Of a DNA stretch of 64,000 nt, positions 53,520-64,000 are shown piece after piece. Numbering within the stretch: position 1 is the stretch's first letter; each line of letters opens with the position of its first letter. A program made the position numbers and the translations under genes. The stretch is from positions 76,880,001 to 76,944,000 of the forward strand of contig OX597821.1 of assembly GCA_951406725.2 (NCBI GenBank), in the 5' to 3' direction. This DNA comes from Octopus vulgaris. Lineage: Eukaryota. Under the pieces are notes generated by a model. The model had not been told where the DNA came from. It did not search any database and was given only the letters and a program-made list of their open reading frames with translations.

Positions 53520-53907
53520 TGTGGAGGCGCAATGGCCCAGTGGTTAGGGCAGCGGACTCACGGTCATAGGATCGCGGTTTCGATTCCCAGACCGGGCGTT
53601 GTGAGTGTTTATTGAGCGAAAACACCTAAAAGCTCCACGAGGCTCCGGCAGGGGATGGTGGTGATCCCTGCTGTACTTTTTCACCACAACTTTCTCTCAC
53701 TCTTACTTCCTGTTTCTGTTGTACCTGTGTTTCAAGGGGCCGGCCTTGTCACTCTCTGTGTCACGCTGAATATCCCCGAGAACTATGTTAAGGGTGCACG
53801 TGTCTGTGGAGTGCTCAGCCACTTACACGTTAATTTCACGAGCAGGCTGTTCCGTTGATTCGGATCAACCGGAACCCTCATCGTCGTAACCGACGGAGTG
53901 CTTCCAC
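53520..53907 (+). mobile_element. Family A SINE, young full-length copy
   Basis: 12-bp TSD ccatcattaacc (53508-53519, 53908-53919); intact A and B boxes. Confidence 0.95.
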
Positions 53908-53925
53908 CCATCATTAACCGACAAT

Positions 53926-54145
53926 ACCTATTTCTTTACTACCCACAAGGGGCTAAACACAGAGGAGACAAACGGATTAAGTCGATTATATCGACTCCAG
54001 TGCGTAACTCGTACTTAATTTATCGACCCCGAAAGGATGAAAGGCAAAGTCGACCTCAGCGGAATTTGAACTCAGAGAACGTAGCGGCAGACGAAATACG
54101 GCTATGCATTTCGCCCGGCGTGGTTTCTGCCAGTTCGTCGCCTTG
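53926..54145 (-). mobile_element. Nin-domain SINE
   Basis: Reverse complement of the 35805-36041 type. Confidence 0.9.
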
Positions 54146-54295
54146 GTAACTAGAATACCTAGTAACTAGAATGTTGTCAGGTGCTCGCAACTCTCTGCTC
54201 GCAAGTGGAATGTCCAAGTTAATTCGAATTACTAAAGAGCAACACTGTTATCGGGATAATTCTGAGTGCTGATGAGAATTATTTGATTGGATGCA

Positions 54296-54550
54296 ATCGA
54301 TAATTTCCAGACACCGCTAGCCTGGCTCTGTACCGAAGGAAGGCTGTGTATTACAAGCACAAAAATGCAGTCACCCGAGCCTGTCTGAGATGTGCGCTGA
54401 GCGATGAAACCACACGGAGATCCCAGTTCAGAGTGAGAGCAGGATTTATGTCGAACACCCGTTGTGTATAGGGTGGACCGCCAATCGGTTGAGCTTGTGG
54501 ACATCACCCCAACCACTTTCCTTCGAAGGAGGAGAAGGGCAATCATTTCC
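54296..54550 (+). mobile_element. Tx1/L1-like ORF2 C-terminal zinc-finger fragment
   Basis: Frameshifted IDNFQTPLAWLC / YKHKNAVTRACLRCALSDETT resembles the zf-RVT W..L....CxxC...ET motif. Confidence 0.55.
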
Positions 54551-54610
54551 TTTGACAGTGATTGTAGCGAAAGATATTGTGTGGTGGACACGACTGAAAA
54601 GATTGATAAC

Positions 54611-54651
<41 letters not shown>

Positions 54652-54654
<3 letters not shown>

Positions 54655-55594
54655 CGAAAAACTCTCGGATAGTTCTTAATTACCGGTTATTCTTTACTTG
54701 AAAGCAGGCAATAACAAATCACTAAAGGTTTCAAGTAGTGCCTTCTCCTGTGACTCAAAGAGACAATACTCTCCTTAGAATGCAAGCTGTACCCAACAAT
54801 GCAGTCGTCTGGATCATCTCAAGCCTGAGAGCAACTCCAATACTCTTAATATTTTTTCAAAGCCCTTGAAGACTGCTCCTAATGCTCCAATTACCACAAT
54901 GTATCACCATTACTTTCCTCATGCCCGATAACTTTCCTCTCTCGTCCTGCAGTGGCTGACCCTTCTCAGTCTTTTCTGTTTCCCTACATTTCACCCTCCA
55001 GTCGCCTGGTATTGCAACATCTATTATCTATGCTTCTTTTTCATCTTTATGGATGAGTACGATATCTGGTCGTCTCGCTTCTATGACTTGCTCGCACTCT
55101 GTGTTAAAATCCCAGAGTATTTTCTAATGTTCGTTTTCCATTACTCCCTCTGGTTTGTGTTCATACCATTGTTCGGCTCTCTCGAAGTTTGCTGTACCAC
55201 ACAACAGCCAGTGGACATATCTGGCCACATTGTCGTGTCTCCTTTTATATTCGCGTTGTGCGAGCTTACAGCACTCACTAACAAAATGGCTTATACTTTC
55301 CCCTTCTTGGAGCTCCTATGTGGCGATTCAGTGCTTTTACAATGTGATATTTGGGGTAGTTTGTTCTATTGTTCTTGAGCGCTTGCATCAGTGGACCCTT
55401 TAAGTCTCCTTTCTGCAGCCATTGCCAGTTTCTATTCCAATCAATCTTATCTTTATTCTTCAAGAACTGACTTTGCATTTTCTTGCCCTGCCAAAATTTC
55501 GTCATCTGCTTTCTTTGATCTTTCTTAAATTGTGTTGGATCTCCGGCTTCGTTCATTTTAAGGTTTCCTGCATTTTCACTGCTTCAATCATTTC

Positions 55595-55596
<2 letters not shown>
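54652..55596 (-). mobile_element. R4/Dong-type non-LTR retrotransposon, 5'-truncated
   Basis: Degenerate frame WQGKKMQSQF..WQWLQKGDLK / AQEQ.IRTN / ESISHFVSECCKLAQREYKRRHDNVARYVHW..WYEHKPEGVMEN..KILWDF..IEARRPDIV / IIDVAIPGD..VIGALG..TALLGTACILRRVLSL*: zinc knuckle plus PD-(D/E)xK endonuclease; (TAA)n on both sides. Confidence 0.9.
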
Positions 55597-55687
<91 letters not shown>

Positions 55688-55706
55688 GCTGTTGTTGTTG
55701 TTGTTG

Positions 55707-55775
<69 letters not shown>

Positions 55776-55786
55776 ATATTGTTGTT

Positions 55787-55817
<31 letters not shown>

Positions 55818-55821
55818 TTAC

Positions 55822-55871
<50 letters not shown>

Positions 55872-56206
55872 TTATTATTATTACTATTATTATTATTATT
55901 ATTACTATTACTATTATTTATTTTTATTATTACTATTACTATTATTATTACTATTACTATTATCATTACTATTATTATTATTATTATAATTATTATTACT
56001 ATTATTATTACTATTACTATCATTATTAGTATTACTATTATTATTACTATTACTATTATTATTACTATTATTATTATTATCATTACTATTATTATTATTA
56101 TTATTATTATTATTTATTATTATTACTATTACTATTATTATTACTATTACTATTATTATTACTAATACTATTATTATTACTATTACTATTACTATTACTA
56201 TTACTA

Positions 56207-56248
<42 letters not shown>

Positions 56249-56305
56249 TATTATTATTATTATTATTATTAATATTACTATTACTATTATTATTATTATT
56301 ACTAA

Positions 56306-56347
<42 letters not shown>

Positions 56348-56523
56348 TATTATTATTATTATTATTATTACTATTATTATTATTATTATTATTATCACTA
56401 TTATTATTACTATTACTATTATTATTACTATTACTATTATTATTACTATTACTATTATTATTACTATTATTATTATTATTACTATTATTATTATTATTAT
56501 TATTACTATTATTATTATTATTA

Positions 56524-56572
<49 letters not shown>

Positions 56573-56583
56573 CATCATCATCA
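55597..56583. repeat. About 1-kb imperfect (TTA/TTG/CTA)n trinucleotide array
   Basis: Seen directly; includes 15-bp higher-order units tattattactattac. Confidence 0.95.
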
Positions 56584-56939
56584 TTGCCTTTGCACAGCAT
56601 CTAACACTGGAGATGTACTACGGTGTCAGCTGTTCACTACCAGTGAACTAAAGTAACACCCCTTATTTTTCGAGCACCTTCCGGAGTATTCGAGCGGTTC
56701 CAAGCAGTGCTGTTTCCTGCAAGTGCTCCACCCTTATTGCAGCCCCTATTTTTCCATATACTTCTCAAGATTTTTACTCACTCTTCCCAGGGCTCCGACA
56801 ATTCTTGGTAGAAACACCACCTATTTCATCGACCACAACTACTTAACTTCCCAAGCTAACCTGTCATATCTCTCAACTTTTCTTTTTTTCCTTATCGCAT
56901 ACATTGTTGTCAGCTGGTCATGCTATATCTATGATCCAG

Positions 56940-56940
<1 letters not shown>
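56584..56940 (-). mobile_element. R4/Dong-type retrotransposon 3' end (second family)
   Basis: WIIDIA*PADNNVCDKEKKKVERYDRLAWEVK*LW..IVGALGRVSKNLEK..HLQETALLGTARILRKVLEK*; 3' UTR differs from 54652-55596; TAA-type repeats on both sides. Confidence 0.85.
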
Positions 56941-57037
<97 letters not shown>

Positions 57038-57519
57038 TATAATGTTATCCTGACCATCAGCAACCACAACAGCAACAAACACCAATAGAAAGAAAAATAG
57101 CAACGAACGACCCAATGAAGAAATCTCTACGTATTCTTCGATCTATCTACAGGATGGGCATGAATGGAGAATATCTGATCATATGTCATCTCAATCGCTG
57201 CCGACCTGGGGCTGAAGTTGATAACGACGACGACAACAATAGCAATAGAAACAACAACAGTAGAGGCAGCAATAAGGCGGGAACGAGCCGCCTTATCGTC
57301 CATCTCGGAAATGGTCGGGAAAGCCCAGACAAAACTTGAAGGGTGTTGTCATCTTACGAGTTAGACTTCGCCATTAGTCACTCGAATAATTTATCACCGT
57401 AGCAGATGTGTCATCGACGACAGGCTCTGTCTCTTCATTTCCTCATAGAGACAGCGCTCTCATTCCACACAGTGATACACATACGTTAATAGGCATACGT
57501 ATAAATTCAAATACCAAGC

Positions 57520-57753
57520 AACATGCATACCCATACATACATACATACATACATACATACATACATACATACATACGAACATACATACATATATACGTGC
57601 ATACATACATATATACATACATACGTATATAGGAACGTGTATATATTCATACATACATACGAACGTACATACATACGTGTATACATACACACAAAACGTA
57701 CATACATACGTGCATACATACATAAATACATACATACGAACGTATATACATAC

Positions 57754-57811
<58 letters not shown>

Positions 57812-58025
57812 GTACGAACGTACATACATACATAATACATTCATATGTACATACATTCATACATACATGCATCCATGCATCCATCTATACATCCACACAT
57901 ACATACATGTGAATGGACATACATAAATACATACATACATTCGACCATACGTAAATACATACATACGTGCATACATACCTACATACACATACATACGAAC
58001 ATACATACATATATATACATACATT
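57520..58025. repeat. (CATA)n/(TA)n compound microsatellite
   Basis: Seen directly. Confidence 0.95.
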
Positions 58026-58036
58026 CATCTCCCTAG

Positions 58037-58342
58037 TACTCCGTCGGATACGACGTCGAATGTTCCAGTTGATCCGTTTGACAGAACAGCCTGCTGGAGC
58101 AATTAACATGTAAATGGCTGAATATTCCACAGACACGCGTACCTGTAACGTAATTCTCAAGCAGATTCAACGCGACAAAGCTGGCCCTTTCAAACACAGG
58201 TCACACTTATTTTTGCCAGTCGAGTGAACGGGAGCAACGGGAAATAAAGGGCTTTGTTCTAGAGCACAACGCACCGCTGCATATCGAACCCAGGACTTTA
58301 GGGTCATGAGCCAAATACTGTGACCATTAAGCCACACACCTT
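58037..58342 (-). mobile_element. tRNA-derived SINE hybrid (1064-type body, family A tail)
   Basis: Minus head aggtgtgtggcttaatgg..gggttcgat; body gttgctcccgttcactcgactggcaaaaataagt; tail as in 53520-53907. Confidence 0.7.
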
Positions 58343-59020
58343 CACACATATAGTCATACATACATTCAGTCAAAAATGCATGCATTTATTCATTCCGAGG
58401 TGTCTCGGGTACACGATTCTGAACAGCTGCAAAAACAGCGAAATGTCGATGGCCATCGTTCTCGATCGCCAAATGGGAGGGAAGTCTCGCCTGGTTTGAG
58501 GTGTTCAGCCTTTTTTAACATCTGGCGTCTTAAAGGGACTTTAACCCCCTCTGACGCTATCCCGAAGCCAGTGAGCGCAAAAATGAATCACATGCAGTAA
58601 GGATGTGGCATCGATGATGTATAGGTTTATACATACATACATACATACATACATACATACATACATACATACATACATAAGCATACATACATACATACAT
58701 ACATACATACATACATACATACATACATACATAAGCATGCATGCATGCATGCATACCATGTATACACAATGCATACATTACATGCAAACATATACAGAAA
58801 TATACATACATAAATATGCATATATACATACGTACATGTGAAGCATGTGTACATAATACATACATGACATGCAAACATATATAGAAATATACATACATAT
58901 ATGCATACATACACACACACATGTAAGATATGTACACGCCTGCATACATGCAAACGTACAAACTTGCATACATACATACATACATACATACATACATACA
59001 TACACACATGCACAGACACA

Positions 59021-59054
<34 letters not shown>

Positions 59055-59773
59055 TATCAAACATACGAGTGTGCATGCATACACACCACTAAAAAAACAT
59101 CAACAAAATTAAACAGAAGCATATAAAAATATACATACATACATACATACATAATAGATATATATATAACACGCACACACTAATAAACAGCTAACGTACA
59201 CGTACGTATATATACACACATAAACATAAGTAACACATACACACACGTATGTACGTATACGTATCTATGAATATATTTAAGTGTATGTATGTATGTATAT
59301 GCATGTGTAGATAAAATGTGTATGTGTATATGTGTGTATGTGTGTGTATGTGTGTGTGTTTATGTGTGTGTGTGCTGACAATGAAGGCTGGAAGCGGAAA
59401 TCCATCGGCCTAACTGCGTCATTCTCACGCTATACAGACAGTCGTTCCTATTTCTTTTCCCCATTCCGTCTGTCTGTCTGTATGTATGTGTGCCTCTGTG
59501 TGTGTGTGTGTGTGTTTACACGTCATGTATATATATATATGTATGTATCAGTTGTTGCCTCTATGCGTGTGCGTTGGGTAAGATTTATAGGAAGTGAAAA
59601 GTGACAAACTCTACAAGTTAACTCCCGTCAGCCATCTCTCAACACGTGATCATTTATCACCGTTCAATTGTCCACTAATAGACTCGAGTCGACCGTATGA
59701 AAGAGCGTAGACTGTAATAAAAATCTACGGATGTCAACAAAATACGAAAAAGAACTATTGCATTCGTTCCTTG

Positions 59774-59831
<58 letters not shown>

Positions 59832-59954
59832 AGTGTGTGTGTATATACATATATATATATATATACATATGCATACATACATATATATATATATATATAT
59901 ACATACATACACACCCACCCACACACACACACACACACACTCACACATATATAT

Positions 59955-60809
<855 letters not shown>

Positions 60810-61307
60810 GGAAAGGAAAAAGTAATAAGGCAGAATGCTAAATTGAAAGTAAATTTTAATAAAAATGGGTGTATGAAAAATAAAAAAAAAAAGAAATCCA
60901 ACCGGCTTTCATTAAAAGGCAAATTTTCAAGATTTGGAAGGGGAAATTTGTTTTTTTTATATAAGACCAGCTTTCGTCAGTAAACTACATACTGGTTGGT
61001 CGAAATCCAGTTAGAACTTAGTTGGCACGCTCACCAATCCGAGACATCTACGCTACATGCTGATTGGTCAAAATATAGTTCGTAAGAATCAGCCTGCGGG
61101 AGCCCATCGGTGAGTGTTTAAAGAAAAAAACTATTCATTTCACTACATTTGTCAATTGTGGAGCATGACTGTCACTACACGAACCTGATGATTGTGTAAC
61201 GCATGAAAGTACTAGTTTATTTCAATATTGTAAAATTGTAAAAGTTGCAAATAATAAAATGTGAAAATGGGACTTAGATCGAATTTCATTGATTAATTTG
61301 TGTCTGT

Positions 61308-61395
<88 letters not shown>

Positions 61396-61402
61396 TACAT
61401 TA

Positions 61403-61740
61403 GACAAGTGTCTTCTACTATAGCATCATGCGACCAAAGCCTTGTGAGTGGATTTGGTAGACAGAAAATGAAAGAAGTTTGTCGTATATGTATGTATATA
61501 TATATATTTATGTATGTGTGTCTTAGTGTCTTTGTGTCTGTGTTTGTTCCTCCGTCACCACTTGACAACTGATGCTGCTGTGTTTACGTCCCCCTAACTA
61601 AGCAGTTCGGCAAAAGTGACCGATGGAATAAGTACTGAGCTTACAAAGAATAAGTCCTGGGGTCGGTTTCGTCGACTAAAAGGTGGTGCTCCAGCATTGC
61701 CGCATTCAAATGACTGGAACAAGCAAAAGGATAAAAAGAA
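61403..61740 (+). mobile_element. Family B SINE, 5'-truncated
   Basis: caagtgtcttctactatagc...aagaataagtcctggggtcgg...caaatgactggaacaag. Confidence 0.85.
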
Positions 61741-61758
61741 AAAATTATACGTACATAC

Positions 61759-61822
<64 letters not shown>

Positions 61823-61861
61823 GTATGTATGCATGTATATATATATACGTATGGTCTTGTA

Positions 61862-62705
61862 TGTAAGTACATATTTCTTTAAATTTGGTACGACTCTATA
61901 ACACTGTCTCTCTCTCCCCCCTCTCCTACATTTCTCTGCCTTTCACACTTTACACTCCACTTTGATCTGTCTCTTTCTCTCTCTCTCTCTTTCCCTCTCG
62001 CTCTCTCTCTCTCTCTCTCTCTCTTCTCCTCCTCCTTTTCTCTTTTCTTGCCTCTGATTCTTTGGTCTCCTCTTCCCCACTCTCTCACATTTCTCTATCT
62101 TTCTCACTTTGCACCTCACTGATTCTGTCGCCAAGCCAATACTTGGCACGCTTTCTTTCTTCTCCCCTCTTTAATTTCTTCTTTCTCTCTCTTCTCCCCC
62201 CTTTTGTGCCTTTGTCTCTCTTTTTCTCTCTCTCTTTGATTCCTTTGCCCCCTCTTTTTCTCTCTCTTCTCCTCTCACGTGACCGCTGGTCAACTAGCCT
62301 CTCGGCTTCTGACCACCGCCACGAGAACATCGTTTTCTTCGTCTGCCGAAAAAGCATTTTTTTCCAAATGCGCCAGCTAAGCTAAGTTGTACTGTCTAAA
62401 GTCGTAAGACACCCGCTGTTTTTGTCCTGTTATTACTATTATTGTTTTTTGTATTTATATTCGTGTGGCATCGTCCGTTTTTCTGTTTGTTTCGTATACA
62501 TTCGATCCTTTTTCCAAGAAATCTATTGCTCGTAGCTTAGTTTTTCCTTGTGGCTGGCCGGATCGGAGCGATCTCAAGATTAATCAGCCGAAATTGCGAG
62601 GATGATCCGGTTCTTGACTGAAGATTGAAGGCTTCGAATGTCCCGTCCGTGATTTTTATATCGTCTTCTAAATGTTTTACGTTCTTGTCCCAGTTTGTAC
62701 TTTTC

Positions 62706-62712
<7 letters not shown>
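61862..62712 (+). mobile_element. Non-coding (TA)n-inserted element with long CT-rich tract (possibly Penelope-related)
   Basis: Flanked by TA-type repeats; partial copy at 46345-46475; shares cgactcta, CT tract, tgtcctgtt and tttacgtt motifs with 22990-23645. Confidence 0.6.
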
Positions 62713-62791
<79 letters not shown>

Positions 62792-63352
62792 ATATATATA
62801 TGTATATATATATATGTATATATATATGTATATATATATATATATTATATATATATATATATATATGCTTCTTTCCCTGGAGACTGTCAGAATGGTGTAG
62901 AAGCCCCTGATAAGAACCGGAATAATTAAATTCCACAGAACTTTTCACAAGGCTTCTGTAACCGAAAGAAGAGACCTGAGACTTTTCAGATTTTTTGCAA
63001 TGGAACCAACTCTGCTGAGGACAGGGGAAGCAGATGGCAATGCTGAACTCTGCTACGGATTTTTTGACCGAATCATTGCCCATTAGTGAAAACATCCGAT
63101 GCGTGGCGGCAGTTATGATGGAGAAAGTAAGCTTTCAATAAAACGACATTAAGGAACAGCTCAGTTTCAAGAATGACTTATATATTCAATGCAATGTCTT
63201 TGATGTACGATTATTAAAGACTATGAGTTATGGTATTCTCTTAACATTCTTATACGACTGTATAAAGCTGTATAAAATGGTAAAACTGCTTGGTATTTCT
63301 GATAATCTATCAATATCTTGGTTGGAAGAAAGTCCTATTATTTGGAAGCATT

Positions 63353-63556
63353 AGGGCAGAAAGCTGGCCGAATCGTTAGGACGTCAGGCAAAAATGCCTA
63401 GCGCCATTTTGTCCACCTTTATGACCCGAATTTGAATGCGGCTGAAATCGATTTTGCCTTTCTTCCTTTCGGGATAGATAAATAAAAAAATAAAATCACT
63501 GGGGTCGATATAGTCGACCAAATCCCTTCTGAAATTGGTCACCTTGCGCCAAAATT
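63353..63556 (+). mobile_element. Nin-domain SINE, degenerate
   Basis: agctggccgaatcgttag...gattttgcctttcttcctttcggg...cactggggtcgatatagtcgac. Confidence 0.7.
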
Positions 63557-63670
63557 GTGCTTTATTTCATTTAAGTTTACAAAAGAAATCGCAGACTTTT
63601 GCATTCATTCTGTGACGCCAAACCTGAGAAACAGTTATTTACTTCAAGATTATTTATCGTTTTTTTTCGT

Positions 63671-63880
63671 CTTTTTACTTGCCTCAATTATTAGAATGCG
63701 GCCATGTTGGAGCATCGCCTGGAACAATTTTAGTCAAACAAATTGACGACACCAGTGTTTATTGTTTTTTAAAGCTTGGTACCTACTCTATCGCGTTCTT
63801 TTGCCAAACCACTAGGTTACAGGGACGTGAACACATCAACACCGGTTGTCAAGCAGTGGCAGGGGACAAGAACAGACACA
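63671..63880 (-). mobile_element. Family B SINE, 3' half
   Basis: ctttttacttg...gcggccatgttggagcatcgcc...caacaccggttgtcaagc. Confidence 0.75.
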
Positions 63881-63956
63881 CACACACACACACACGTGTG
63901 TATGTATGTATGTATGTATGTATGTATGTATGTATGTATGTATGTATGTATGTATG

Positions 63957-63998
<42 letters not shown>

Positions 63999-64000
63999 TA

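Noticed and set aside
53520-53595. tRNA gene
   Set aside because: A and B boxes are present but there is no proper acceptor stem; it is the head of a TSD-bounded multi-copy SINE. The same applies to the other heads.
55422-56600. Longest ORFs (247, 228 and 176 aa; poly-L/I/N)
   Set aside because: These are translations of the trinucleotide array, not genes.

Overview
AT-rich, repeat-saturated eukaryotic DNA, intronic or intergenic. The SINE repertoire and the very dense (TA)n/(CA)n/(TAA)n/(CATA)n microsatellites suggest a coleoid cephalopod, probably Octopus (inference). I could not support any host protein-coding gene: nearly all ORFs in the track are translations of microsatellites or SINEs. 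The window holds about 45 copies or fragments of three tRNA-derived SINE groups (one CORE-like, one Nin-domain, and one whose head carries alternative tails including a V-domain). It also has two internally deleted Tc1/mariner elements, two hAT-type MITEs, two Helitron/HINE-like elements, and 3' fragments of CR1, Tx1/L1 and R4/Dong-type retrotransposons. The most notable signal is a set of small non-coding elements, mostly inserted in or beside (TA)n arrays, that carry type I hammerhead-ribozyme folds typical of Penelope-like elements or retrozymes. Two have intact catalytic cores (48418-48506 -, 60454-60537 +). One degenerate hammerhead lies downstream of a tRNA-like Pol III head (36443-36765 -), making a candidate hammerhead-tailed SINE. 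All folds and alignments were done by eye, and repeat boundaries are approximate.
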